A stretch of DNA of 49,639 nucleotides from a virus (Duplodnaviria; Heunggongvirae; Uroviricota; Caudoviricetes), in the IMG/VR virus record IMGVR_UViG_3300031087_000527, positions 209,384 through 259,022 of that record; one strand, given 5' to 3'. Positions within the stretch are counted from its first letter, which is position 1; every line of letters starts with the position of its first letter. The notes beneath the pieces were generated by a model. It was not told the DNA's origin, searched no databases, and was given only the letters and a program-made list of their open reading frames with translations. Below, one piece after another: positions 28,602 to 37,871 of the stretch. A program made the translations under genes and the position numbers.

Positions 28602-29657
28602 ATGGGATCGTTTAATCAGATGTGTATGGTATCAAATGTGCCAGTGAAGCCGGATGCTGCTGTAAAAGTTTTCTTTTTAGTTTCTAATGGAGATTATCGC
28701 AATCAGAAAACGATTATGACAGGTGCTATACCTAATCCCTGGTCTGCTTTTAAAGTCTTTGGCGGAATGTGTGTTGATGCCGTTTATCGTGGCTACAATC
28801 GCTTTGACGTAGTTAAGAACCAAAAGTCAGAGTATCTGCTTGATTTGCTGAGAAAGTTGAACAATGAGCCTGATATGGACTTTCCCAAGGTCTTCGAGTT
28901 GATTGATGAAGGCAAGTTAGCCTGTCCATCATTCACCAGAGAGAACGTCTTCATGAATATTGCTTGCGTTCATGATTTTGCCTATGAAGAGTTGATTCGT
29001 CATGGGGAAAGTCAAAAGGCTGGCTTAAAAGAAAGGCTCATGGAGCAGATTTCAAGAATCAACGAGGTCATTAATAGGGCTAATAACGACAATCATCTAC
29101 CATCAGAAGATAAAGCGCAACGCGCTAAAGATCTGATGTTAAGACACATGAACTTCTTTGATGAATATACGCCTATGTGCTTAGACAATGACTTAGGTAA
29201 GTGCGCCTTTTATTTGTTTAGTCAGTATAGGCCAGAGCTTACTGAGCAAGAAGTGTTTGACCGGATTGCTGATGATCTCGTTTTTATGGATGGCTTGTAT
29301 GAGTTAGGTGCTACTCTTTCCCCTAAAGCCCTAAATCATGAGATAGCGAATGAGTCTTTAAGAGAGAAGGTGCTGACAAAAGGCATGGAGTATTTCCTTA
29401 ATGATTATTATGATGAAGAGTCTGTCGAAGTGAATAAGCGGGTCAAGGTTATTCAGGAAATCACAAGACAGAATCTCACGGATTATTTGGAAGAATGTGG
29501 CGAATACATGCCTGGTGCTCAAGAGAGCTTTGAGGGTTTTCTTAAAAAGCATGAAGGTCAGAGTCATGTTTATATTGAGGCAGGGGCTTCAGATAGCCTT
29601 TTATTTTTAAAGGGGTCTTTGAGAGAAAAACATCAGGATGTGTTGATTTTACTTTGA
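28602..29657 (+). CDS. Hypothetical protein, paralogue pair C
   Basis: AGGAG RBS; MGSFNQMCMVSNVPV. Confidence 0.8.
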   Translation: MGSFNQMCMVSNVPVKPDAAVKVFFLVSNGDYRNQKTIMTGAIPNPWSAFKVFGGMCVDAVYRGYNRFDVVKNQKSEYLLDLLRKLNNEPDMDFPKVFELIDEGKLACPSFTRENVFMNIACVHDFAYEELIRHGESQKAGLKERLMEQISRINEVINRANNDNHLPSEDKAQRAKDLMLRHMNFFDEYTPMCLDNDLGKCAFYLFSQYRPELTEQEVFDRIADDLVFMDGLYELGATLSPKALNHEIANESLREKVLTKGMEYFLNDYYDEESVEVNKRVKVIQEITRQNLTDYLEECGEYMPGAQESFEGFLKKHEGQSHVYIEAGASDSLLFLKGSLREKHQDVLILL

Positions 29658-29716
29658 CCATTCGAGGCGCTCTCTTTACGGAGAGTGTTTTCATTTAAAA
29701 TAATAAAGAGGTAAAA

Positions 29717-30736
29717 ATGGGATTTTCAAATCAGATGTGTATGTTATCAAATACGCCTATTGCTGAAGGAAGCAAGGTTAAACTCTTTATTTTAGTAGCA
29801 GGTGGTGTGCATGGTCAGCCCGTGTTTCGTGATAACATTTTCTACCCGTGGGATGTGGCTAAGATTCTTGGTGGCGTCAGTATGACCGCGCGTTATGTTG
29901 AGCGCAGCACGTTTGAGATTGAGAATGATATTAAATCGCAATACATTCTTTCAGTGTTGAGAAATGATCAGGATAATCCTGGCTTAACTTTTGAAGAAGT
30001 CTTTGATTCTATCCATACTGGCGGAAAAGAGACAATGACGCTTAAGAATGTTGCTGTAAATAAAAGCGCCTATCTGAGATATGGATTGATCAACGCGGAG
30101 ATTTACGAGAAGATGGTGGCTTTTCATAAAGAGAAGGCGCTGAGTCGTATTAATCATGGGTTTGAGCATTATGTAGAAATGCGTGATAAGTTTGGAACGG
30201 GTGTTTTGGAAGATGCTAAAGAGTATCGTATGGAGTTTCATGTAGGTAGCCTTCATGAGTATGCTGCTGATGTAATAGCTGAGCTAGGGCATCATATTTT
30301 TGGCGATCTGAAGCGTGTATATGGTTTAACGGATGAAGAGGCGTTAAATGTCTTACTGGACGATATGGTGATGATGAATATTTTCTTTGAGTGTTCAATC
30401 CTGCTGGCACCACGTCCTATGAATGATGTTCATTCCTCACAGGAGCTAAAGCAAGAGCTGTTTAAACGTTCTCATGAGTTGCTCTATGACTTACGTCAAG
30501 GCGAGTTCATAACACCTAAACATAATGTGAAGGTTTTTCAATATCTTCATATAAATGATATAAAAGAAGCATTTAAGTATGAGTCTTATCATGTGGAAAG
30601 AAAATCTATCGAAGATTTCGAAGCCAAACATGCTGATTTGAAACACGTTCATTTGAATCCTGCACAAATCCAGAGCTTAGATTTCTTAGGTGATTATCTT
30701 GATAATCCTGATATGTGGCTCACTATTGTCTTTTAA
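29717..30736 (+). CDS. Hypothetical protein, paralogue pair C
   Basis: GAGGT RBS; MGFSNQMCMLSNTPI. Confidence 0.8.
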   Translation: MGFSNQMCMLSNTPIAEGSKVKLFILVAGGVHGQPVFRDNIFYPWDVAKILGGVSMTARYVERSTFEIENDIKSQYILSVLRNDQDNPGLTFEEVFDSIHTGGKETMTLKNVAVNKSAYLRYGLINAEIYEKMVAFHKEKALSRINHGFEHYVEMRDKFGTGVLEDAKEYRMEFHVGSLHEYAADVIAELGHHIFGDLKRVYGLTDEEALNVLLDDMVMMNIFFECSILLAPRPMNDVHSSQELKQELFKRSHELLYDLRQGEFITPKHNVKVFQYLHINDIKEAFKYESYHVERKSIEDFEAKHADLKHVHLNPAQIQSLDFLGDYLDNPDMWLTIVF

Positions 30737-30797
30737 ATGATATGAGCTTTTGCTATAATAGGCCTTCTTCGGAAGGTTTTTTTATTGTGAGGCAACA

Positions 30798-31106
30798 ATG
30801 CATATTTTTCACATTACGAGTAAGGCCAATGCTGAGAGGATAGCAGTTGAAGGCTTTAAGCCTTTGATTGGTAAAAACTCGGATTCATTTGGTGAGCCTC
30901 AGCCAGCAACCTATTTCTTTCCGAGCCTTGCTTATGCAGAGGAAGGGCTTTCTAATTGGATGTGCGATCTTTTTGATGAAGACGAGGAGATCTGTCTTAT
31001 TAAGGTAGATGCGTCAGGGCTAGAGCTTTATACTGTCATTGATTTTGAGGTTTTCAGCTTAAAGCCGATAGAATCATCAAGAATTGTAAGTATTGAAAAT
31101 CTTTAA
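30798..31106 (+). CDS. Small NAD-utilising ART/Tpt1-like domain protein
   Basis: FHIT...I..EGF.P, TYF and FEV: H-Y-E pattern. Confidence 0.55.
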   Translation: MHIFHITSKANAERIAVEGFKPLIGKNSDSFGEPQPATYFFPSLAYAEEGLSNWMCDLFDEDEEICLIKVDASGLELYTVIDFEVFSLKPIESSRIVSIENL

Positions 31107-31483
31107 TGAGAGGGCTTATGCGCGTTTTAAGGCTTGAGATGGAAGATGGTTCGGGAATCTATCGTAATGCGCAGACAAGCGTCTGGAATCGCGTTACAAA
31201 GGATTTTGAAGATGGATCTCTTCATGTGCTTCCTCATCGTGATTCGAAGCTTAGGTTTGATGATATTCGCGACCGGGATTATATTTTTGGCTTTGAGAGT
31301 ATTGAGCAATATCATCGGTGGGTTTTCAATCCTTATTGGCGCAGAGAGCTTGGCAGATTGGGATCTTTATTGTCTTTCTATGAGGTAGATGAGAGGCATG
31401 TCAGAAAAGGTCGGGAGCAACTAATTTTTGTAAAAGAAAAAGCCCAAAGGATTGAGAGTGTCTCACCATTTTTCTATAAATAA
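31106..31483 (+). CDS. Phage-type hypothetical protein, possibly ART-like
   Basis: VLRLE..G.GIY ... FGFES.EQ ... YEV...GREQ; TAATG-coupled. Confidence 0.6.
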   Translation: MRGLMRVLRLEMEDGSGIYRNAQTSVWNRVTKDFEDGSLHVLPHRDSKLRFDDIRDRDYIFGFESIEQYHRWVFNPYWRRELGRLGSLLSFYEVDERHVRKGREQLIFVKEKAQRIESVSPFFYK

Positions 31484-31499
31484 AATAATAAGGTTGATT

Positions 31500-31889
31500 A
31501 TGGCTTATACAAGACAAGATATTATAGATGTTCATGCGCATGGTTTTTGTAATATATTCGCGATTTATGCCTCAAAGTTAAAGAAACTGGAGTGTCATGC
31601 TATCGTTAGATATAGTGATGAGACGGTTGATGATATTGGAGAAGGTTTTCCTATACTTATTCATGCCTTTCTGAAGATAAATGATAAGTTAGGATTTGAT
31701 GCTTATGGATTTCGATCTATAGAAAAAATCTATGATGATTATGGTAAGCCGGATGATTACACTTATCATTTAATTGAAGATGCCTATGATTTTCTTCGTA
31801 AAAAAAGCACAAGAAATTGTTTTGGTCTTCTTTCGGCTCATCAGATAAGAGATTGGACGATTCCATTAGTTAAGTCTTACTTTATTTAG
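31500..31889 (+). CDS. Papain/transglutaminase-like fold protein (Cys-His-Asp)
   Basis: GFCNIFA, LIHAF and FDAYG motifs. Confidence 0.5.
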   Translation: MAYTRQDIIDVHAHGFCNIFAIYASKLKKLECHAIVRYSDETVDDIGEGFPILIHAFLKINDKLGFDAYGFRSIEKIYDDYGKPDDYTYHLIEDAYDFLRKKSTRNCFGLLSAHQIRDWTIPLVKSYFI

Positions 31890-31946
31890 AAATAAAAAAG
31901 CCAATCATATGATTGGCTTTTAGTTTTAAGAGTATAGCGTTTTAAG

Positions 31947-32234
31947 TTATACTTTTTGCATTCCTGACTCAAAAAGATTAAGGAAGGCGCGACGTTCGGA
32001 AGGTCGATATAAGTCGAACTCATAGTCCTGTGAGTTAGCCCAGCGGTCAAAGTCTGCTTTTGCGCAGCTAAACTGAGCGGCACCATTATCCAGAAAGCGG
32101 ATAAGCACATCGCCAAAGCTAAACGAGTATCGGTCTTCTTCTTCGATACCTAACCATTGGAAAAGTTCTTCTAATGGCATGTTGATCTCTTTACGGCAAA
32201 GTTCAAAAACACTCATGTTAATTTGATTTTTCAT
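31947..32234 (-). CDS. Hypothetical protein
   Basis: GGAG RBS; bidirectional terminator. Confidence 0.7.
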   Translation of the reverse strand: MKNQINMSVFELCRKEINMPLEELFQWLGIEEEDRYSFSFGDVLIRFLDNGAAQFSCAKADFDRWANSQDYEFDLYRPSERRAFLNLFESGMQKV

Positions 32235-32363
32235 ACAACGCTCTCCAATTAAAAGTTAATTAAAGAGTCGTTAGCTCAGTATGATTTCTACAACGTGGTT
32301 ATATTACGATAAAGCAGGAATCAGAGTCAACGTTTATTTTATAGAAGTTATGGAAAAGATATG

Positions 32364-32392
32364 TTGTGCATGATATCTATTACTGTTATGCT
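32364..32392 (+). promoter_or_regulatory. TTGTGCATGA-class sigma70 promoter
   Basis: TTGTGC(ATGA)-17-TATGCT. Confidence 0.7.
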
Positions 32393-32437
32393 AAAGTATG
32401 GTTCTAAATAGAGAAACGTATTAAATAAGGAGATTCT

Positions 32438-32572
32438 ATGTCAGAAAAAGAACAAGAATTTGAAAAAAGAGTTGCTGTAAAAACAGGCGGAACGTCGCCT
32501 AATGCTAAACCGTTCAATGCGGAATCTTTGAAAGCACGTATTGCTGAGCGTAAAAAGCAAGGTCTAAGTTAA
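32438..32572 (+). CDS. Small hypothetical protein (44 aa, not in ORF track)
   Basis: AAGGAG RBS; MSEKEQEFEKRV...KKQGLS. Confidence 0.65.
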   Translation: MSEKEQEFEKRVAVKTGGTSPNAKPFNAESLKARIAERKKQGLS

Positions 32573-32584
32573 CGACAATATTGC

Positions 32585-32613
32585 TTGTGCATGATGTGTT
32601 TATTTGCTATACT
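32585..32613 (+). promoter_or_regulatory. TTGTGCATGA-class sigma70 promoter
   Basis: TTGTGC(ATGA)-17-TATACT. Confidence 0.8.
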
Positions 32614-32644
32614 GTTTTTAACGTAAACAAGTGAGATATGGGAA

Positions 32645-33064
32645 ATGGAAAAGAAAGCGGTGCGTGGAAAGAAGGTTGAAGTGAAATGCAAATGTTGCCC
32701 TGTGGTTTCTCAGGTTCGCCAAGCTGACTTAAATCGTGGCTGGGGTCTTTTCTGTAGCAAATCCTGTAAGGCATTTTGGCAGCAGTATGGTCGTGAGCGT
32801 CAAGCGCCTACAAGTGAGGCTAAAAAAGCAGGTCGTGCTTTTGATAACTTCCGTCATGATTTATTCCTTAAAGATGCGGGAATCACGGAAGAACAGTATC
32901 AGAAGTTGAGTAAAGCAGGTTGCCGTTATGTGCATCAGGATGAAAATGGCGACTATGATTTCAGCAGTGAGCAGCTTCGTATCTTAGGTGCTACTGAGTG
33001 GGAAATACGAGAAGCGGAACATCAGGAAGCATTGGCTGACAGTGAGCCTGTTCATGACTGGTAA
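32645..33064 (+). CDS. Phage-type Zn-binding hypothetical protein
   Basis: CKCC ... RGWGLFCSKSC. Confidence 0.7.
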   Translation: MEKKAVRGKKVEVKCKCCPVVSQVRQADLNRGWGLFCSKSCKAFWQQYGRERQAPTSEAKKAGRAFDNFRHDLFLKDAGITEEQYQKLSKAGCRYVHQDENGDYDFSSEQLRILGATEWEIREAEHQEALADSEPVHDW

Positions 33065-33100
33065 GTAAAGCGATAAAAAGAGGCTCCGGCCTCTTTTTTG

Positions 33101-33129
33101 TTGTGCATGATTTGAAAGACTGCTATAAT
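33101..33129 (+). promoter_or_regulatory. TTGTGCATGA-class sigma70 promoter
   Basis: TTGTGC(ATGA)-17-TATAAT. Confidence 0.8.
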
Positions 33130-33158
33130 GTTGGCTTAATAACCAATGAGGGTAAAAA

Positions 33159-33509
33159 ATGGCTCAGCATGTGTGGATAGATGATAAGCGTGATCCTAAA
33201 CGGTCTTTGCCAGAGACAGTGGCGCAATCTGTTGTATGGATTAAGTCTATCCATGAGGCGTTAGAGTATGTTCAGAAAAACGCTGCAGATATTGAGGTGC
33301 TTTATCTGGATTACTACCTAGATAGCCCTGTTCTCTTCGGCTCTGAGTTTGTAATGCTGGTTCAGCGTTTTGGTCGAAGCAAGTTCCCTCAGCTTAAAAC
33401 TGTGTATCTGCACTCCAATGCTAAAGATAAAGTAAAGGCATTAATGAAATATGCGCCTAAGCTTAAATCTGAAGGTATTGAGCTTAAAATCGCCACTTAT
33501 CATAAATAA
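33159..33509 (+). CDS. Cyclic-phosphate-processing receiver-domain protein 1
   Basis: VWIDDKRDP, LYLDYYL, VYLHS. Confidence 0.7.
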   Translation: MAQHVWIDDKRDPKRSLPETVAQSVVWIKSIHEALEYVQKNAADIEVLYLDYYLDSPVLFGSEFVMLVQRFGRSKFPQLKTVYLHSNAKDKVKALMKYAPKLKSEGIELKIATYHK

Positions 33510-33523
33510 AAAGGAATAATCAC

Positions 33524-33877
33524 ATGAGCAATAAAGTCTGGATTGACGATGAACGCGCACCGCAAGATTTCCTGTCAGCGGCTGAGTGTGAAGGCGTTGT
33601 ATGGATTAAGAAAATCCGTGAGGCTATTCGTTATATCAAAGAACATGCCGAAGAAATCGAAGTGATGTATTTGGATTACTATATGGATGATCCTTACCTT
33701 GATGGCTCGGAGTTTGTATTTGAAGTGCTTCATGGCAGAAAAGAAAAGTCGTTTGTTAATCTGAAAACCGTGTATCTTCACTCTAGTGATGAAACAGCGA
33801 TTGAAGAAATGATGGAATATGCTGAAGAAATCAAAGCGCTCGGTGTCGATATGCTGCCAGCGCCTTACCGGAAATAA
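33524..33877 (+). CDS. Cyclic-phosphate-processing receiver-domain protein 2
   Basis: VWIDDERAP, MYLDYYM, VYLHS. Confidence 0.7.
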   Translation: MSNKVWIDDERAPQDFLSAAECEGVVWIKKIREAIRYIKEHAEEIEVMYLDYYMDDPYLDGSEFVFEVLHGRKEKSFVNLKTVYLHSSDETAIEEMMEYAEEIKALGVDMLPAPYRK

Positions 33878-33880
33878 AAT

Positions 33881-34240
33881 ATGGATAATCGTAGAATCTG
33901 GATTGATGACTGGCGTAATCCTCAGAGCTACTTAAAAGAGTCGGCTCAAGGTGTATTGTGGTTAAGAGAGATTAAACCTGCTCTTGACTATGTTGATAAG
34001 CACTCTGCAGAGGTTGAGATATTATACCTTGATCACTGGATGGATGATGATTATCTGAATGGATTTGATTTTGTGTCTAACGTATTAAAGGATGGTAGAG
34101 AGAAATACCAAAAGCTCAAAACAATTTACCTTCATTCGGGAGATGACAAGGCTATTGAAGAAGTCATGTTCTATGAGGATATGCTAAAAGAAATCGGCGT
34201 AGCATTGTTGGTTGCGCCTTATCGTATCTCAGAAAAATAA
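33881..34240 (+). CDS. Cyclic-phosphate-processing receiver-domain protein 3
   Basis: IWIDDWRNP, LYLDHWM, IYLHS. Confidence 0.72.
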   Translation: MDNRRIWIDDWRNPQSYLKESAQGVLWLREIKPALDYVDKHSAEVEILYLDHWMDDDYLNGFDFVSNVLKDGREKYQKLKTIYLHSGDDKAIEEVMFYEDMLKEIGVALLVAPYRISEK

Positions 34241-34248
34241 GGCAGGCT

Positions 34249-34380
34249 ATGCGTAAACAATATGGCAATACCATTAAAGATATCGAGCGTTATAAGATGA
34301 TTCGCTGGGCTTCGACGCATTACGACTGGATTAAGATGGTGCGTATAATGAAGAAGAGAATTGCCGAAGAGACAAGGTAA
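34249..34380 (+). CDS. Small basic hypothetical protein (43 aa, not in ORF track)
   Basis: Follows the previous stop; MRKQYGNTIK...EETR. Confidence 0.45.
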   Translation: MRKQYGNTIKDIERYKMIRWASTHYDWIKMVRIMKKRIAEETR

Positions 34381-34430
34381 TTTATTGATATTTTGTTTTA
34401 TATTTTTCATGAAAATACGAGGATTAAAAG

Positions 34431-34829
34431 ATGGCACAACATGTTGCTAGTCCTGCTGAATACAAGTTAGATCGAGATCGGGCTAAGGTTAATCAAAAAC
34501 TTGAGCAATGTAAATGCAATATCGCATATTGTGAGATGGTAAAGTCCGAAGTTTTAGGTGCAGCTTATGATAAAGACACGCATGATGCGATTAAATCCCG
34601 CTCTGAGGAGATTCAGAAGAAGTTTGGTGATTCCTGCTCAACGATGCTTCAGGTATCTAAAAAGGAAAATCTGGTAAAAATGATTGTGGATGTGTGTGAT
34701 AATACGATTAGTATTGAGCAGGAACGCATGGCGGAGTTAAATGCTAAGCTATTTGAAATAGAATTGCTTAAGCAGGAACTCGAAAGAATCAATGCCCGAA
34801 TTGAAAATGTGAAGGCTCATCAAAAATAA
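34431..34829 (+). CDS. Coiled-coil hypothetical protein, paralogue pair D
   Basis: KVNQKLE.C..NIAYC.MVKSEV is shared with 34959. Confidence 0.75.
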   Translation: MAQHVASPAEYKLDRDRAKVNQKLEQCKCNIAYCEMVKSEVLGAAYDKDTHDAIKSRSEEIQKKFGDSCSTMLQVSKKENLVKMIVDVCDNTISIEQERMAELNAKLFEIELLKQELERINARIENVKAHQK

Positions 34830-34899
34830 TGACCACACCACGCAACAAGTGAGCAATGTAATCAATTGATATTGTAAGCTTTATAGTTTTATTTTTTTA

Positions 34900-34928
34900 T
34901 TGTGCATGATTTTATTTATTGTTATAAT
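34900..34928 (+). promoter_or_regulatory. TTGTGCATGA-class sigma70 promoter
   Basis: TTGTGC(ATGA)-17-TATAAT. Confidence 0.8.
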
Positions 34929-34958
34929 GAATGCCTATTAAGAGACGAGGAATGAAAA

Positions 34959-35519
34959 ATGACACACGTTATCGCTAACCGTGCTGAATACACTTTGGGT
35001 GCGGCACAGGCTAAGGTTAATCAGAAGCTGGAGCTGTGCGAGCACAACATTGCTTATTGTGGAATGGTGAAATCTGAAGTTTCAGGCGTTGCTTATAATA
35101 AAGACACGCGTGATGCGATTAAGGCGCGTTCTGAACAAATGCAGAAGAAGTTTGGTGATTTCCGTTCAGCTATGCTTCAAGCATCTAAGAAGAAAGACCT
35201 GATTGAGACGATTGTCAAAGTGTGTGAACGCACGATTTCCATTGAACAAGAACGCATGAAAGAGCTTCATGCTGATTTAAGTAAAATTGACGCTCGTATT
35301 GAGGAGCAAAAGGCGTATGAAAAGCGCCAAGATTTTGTTGAGCGTTTACATGCTTATAAAGAGGAGTATGTTAGAGGTTTTGATACAGTTGCTCAGGGAA
35401 TCAGAGGTTGGGATTGTTTGGTGGATCTGGCTGAAAGTGGTGAGGTTCATGAGGGCAATATTGAAAAATATGGCATTGATTTAAATGTGCCACCTGAGAA
35501 TAAAAGAAAAGCCTCTTAG
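34959..35519 (+). CDS. Coiled-coil hypothetical protein, paralogue pair D (extra C-terminal domain)
   Basis: High similarity to 34431 over about 110 aa. Confidence 0.8.
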   Translation: MTHVIANRAEYTLGAAQAKVNQKLELCEHNIAYCGMVKSEVSGVAYNKDTRDAIKARSEQMQKKFGDFRSAMLQASKKKDLIETIVKVCERTISIEQERMKELHADLSKIDARIEEQKAYEKRQDFVERLHAYKEEYVRGFDTVAQGIRGWDCLVDLAESGEVHEGNIEKYGIDLNVPPENKRKAS

Positions 35520-35528
35520 GAGGCTTTT
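35507..35528. terminator. AAAAGCCTC-N4-GAGGCTTTT bidirectional terminator
   Basis: Near-identical copies at 36032-36053, 36926-36947 and 37841-37862. Confidence 0.8.
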
Positions 35529-35553
35529 AAAAATTAGCGATAAAGGCGGTAAA

Positions 35554-35943
35554 TTAAGATACTGCAGTGAATCGTTTACCAACTGGACTAAACTCAAAAT
35601 CTTCAAGAGCAGGGAATAATATAATGAACTCTTTCAGGAAATCTTCAGTGCGTTGGAAAAATGTCTCATCATCTTTAACGTCAGGAACATCCCAAAGTCC
35701 ACCTGTGTAAAAATGATCACAAACTTCGCTACCTTTGTTATGTATCATAAATAAAATTTCATCGCCATTATCAACCATCGCTGTAGTTAAATAAACACCA
35801 TATTTTTTTGCTATTTCAAGGCTTTTAGTGTCTTTGATGTATTTTTTTTCAACTCTCTCTGAAAAATCATAAGCATCCTCTTCTTCATCTTCGCTGCCGA
35901 TGGGCATATAACGATTTAATGTTGCATTTATCCAAAGTCCCAT
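35554..35943 (-). CDS. Six-member array protein P1
   Basis: MGLWINATLNRY...KKYGVYL...IHN...KDDETF.QR.EDF. Confidence 0.85.
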   Translation of the reverse strand: MGLWINATLNRYMPIGSEDEEEDAYDFSERVEKKYIKDTKSLEIAKKYGVYLTTAMVDNGDEILFMIHNKGSEVCDHFYTGGLWDVPDVKDDETFFQRTEDFLKEFIILFPALEDFEFSPVGKRFTAVS

Positions 35944-36066
35944 AGTGAAATCCTCTTATTGTTATTGATAGTTGTATAATACAGGTGAGATTCTCGTCTT
36001 CAACTGTACGAAAGTATAGCAAATAAAGAATAAAAGCCTCTTAGGAGGCTTTTATAGATGATGATT

Positions 36067-36444
36067 TCAATAAACAAACATTCGCCACATAGCAGGTCTG
36101 AATTCAAATTGTTCAAACGCAGGATGTTCTTCTATGAAATCCTTGAGGAATGCCTCGGAACGTCTTTCGAAACTTTTTAAAGCTGCGGGAATATCGGGAA
36201 ACTCAACAACATTGTCTCCTTCAATATTAATCGTCTGGACATGTTTTGCATCGTGAATAACAAAAAAGAGTCCTTTTTTATCTCCACCGTATTCTGTGCT
36301 GAGTGCTACGCCATGTTGTTTCGCCATTTCTTCATATGATTCAAAAAAAGGATCCATAGCATCTTTATATTTAAAAAAGTCAGGATCATTGATGGTATAC
36401 ATCTGAACAACACGATTTATGCTTATTTTGGCTTTTAATGTCAT
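36067..36444 (-). CDS. Six-member array protein P2 (divergent type)
   Basis: KQHGVAL, VIHD, EFPDI, FERRSEAFLKDF. Confidence 0.8.
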   Translation of the reverse strand: MTLKAKISINRVVQMYTINDPDFFKYKDAMDPFFESYEEMAKQHGVALSTEYGGDKKGLFFVIHDAKHVQTINIEGDNVVEFPDIPAALKSFERRSEAFLKDFIEEHPAFEQFEFRPAMWRMFVY

Positions 36445-36456
36445 TTCATTTCTCCG

Positions 36457-36843
36457 TTAAGATGATGCGATAAATCGTTTACCAGCAGGGCTAAATTCTA
36501 CATCAGCCAACTCAGGGAATGCGATAACAAACTCTTTAATAAAATCCTCTGAGCGTTGAGAAAATGTCTCATCGTCTTTAACATCAGGAAGATCATAGAT
36601 TTCACCTGAGTAGAGGTGATCCCTAACCTCACTTCTTTTATTGTGAATTATAAGTAACACCTGTTCATAATCATCAACTATCGCTGTTTCTAAATAAACA
36701 CCGTATTTATCTGCTATTTTCTGGCTTTCTGGAGAATAGATGTAAGTTTTCTCGATGTATTCTGAATGCTTATAAATATCTTTATTATCTCTGCCGCCGA
36801 TAGTGGCATAACGATTTAGTGTTGCGCTTATCCAAAGTCCCAT
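36457..36843 (-). CDS. Six-member array protein P3
   Basis: MGLWISATLNRY...; 5' region repeats that of P1 exactly 900 bp away. Confidence 0.85.
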   Translation of the reverse strand: MGLWISATLNRYATIGGRDNKDIYKHSEYIEKTYIYSPESQKIADKYGVYLETAIVDDYEQVLLIIHNKRSEVRDHLYSGEIYDLPDVKDDETFSQRSEDFIKEFVIAFPELADVEFSPAGKRFIASS

Positions 36844-36974
36844 AGTTAAATCCTCTTGTTATTATTGATGGTTATATCATACAGGCAAGATTCTCGTCGT
36901 CAACTATCCTAAAATGAGTTAAAAGAAAAAGCCTCTTAAGAGGCTTTATATTGATGTCTGCTATATTTAAAACA

Positions 36975-37352
36975 TCATGAAGATGTGAATATTCTTTTTT
37001 TAGGTTCTGTTAAATTAAAGAGGGAAGCTTCAGGATAGATTTCGGCTAAATCTCTAATAAATGCCTGACAGCGCTCGGTAAAGCTTTCATCATCAGGGAT
37101 GACTGGAAAATCAGTAACTTCCTCACCACTGAAAACTAACGTGGTTTTTCCTAATGTATTATGGATTATAAGGTTAATATTGTTATCAGCAAAAGAAACC
37201 TCTGTTTCAAGGTCGTATAATTTTGCTTTATCTATGACGTTTAAAACATACTTCATGTTTAATTCTTTAAAAAGTTCATAATCATCATCAAAATCTGTAT
37301 TTTCTGTTATTGTGATAATAGTATTCAATGAAATGACTGCATATATGCTCAT
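36975..37352 (-). CDS. Six-member array protein P4 (divergent type)
   Basis: IIHN, FSGEEVTDFPVIPDDESFTERCQAF, KRIFTSS. Confidence 0.8.
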   Translation of the reverse strand: MSIYAVISLNTIITITENTDFDDDYELFKELNMKYVLNVIDKAKLYDLETEVSFADNNINLIIHNTLGKTTLVFSGEEVTDFPVIPDDESFTERCQAFIRDLAEIYPEASLFNLTEPKKRIFTSS

Positions 37353-37372
37353 TATTAATTATTCCTTGTTGT

Positions 37373-37765
37373 TTAAGATGATGCTGAAAAACGTTTACCT
37401 ACGGTTCCAAACTCACAGCCTTCGAACTCTGGGAATACTGAAACAAACTCTTTTATGAAATCCTCTGATCGTTGAAAAAATGTTTCATCATCTTTAATAT
37501 CTGGAAGATCCCAAAACTCATCTTCATAAAAATGATTTGTGATTTCGCTGCCCTCATTGTGAATCACAAATAAAAGTTGATAGCATTCCTGACTGGTTTC
37601 AACTGAAAGTGAGACGCCATGCTTTTTGGCTATTTCAAGGCTTTTTTGATTTTCAATATATGTATCGTGAATACGCTCCCAATAATCACTTAAGCTATCG
37701 TCATTTTCAGAAGGATGTCCAAGATTGGCATAACGATTTAAAGATGTGGTTGTGTAAAATCCCAT
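37373..37765 (-). CDS. Six-member array protein P5
   Basis: Start moved to MGFYTTTSLNRY (GGAG RBS); KDDETFFQRSEDF. Confidence 0.85.
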   Translation of the reverse strand: MGFYTTTSLNRYANLGHPSENDDSLSDYWERIHDTYIENQKSLEIAKKHGVSLSVETSQECYQLLFVIHNEGSEITNHFYEDEFWDLPDIKDDETFFQRSEDFIKEFVSVFPEFEGCEFGTVGKRFSASS

Positions 37766-37871
37766 TGTTAACTCCTTTTTATTTAATTTGGCTTTACAAT
37801 AACACATGTCTAAAAAGATAATCAAAAATAAGCTTAATATAAAAAAGCCTCTTGCGAGGCTTATGGTGTAT

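Noticed and set aside
32265-32280. GAGTCGTTAGCTCAGT resembling the 5' end of tRNA-Lys
   Set aside because: No D-stem partner, T arm or acceptor 3' strand follows; could be chance or a relic.
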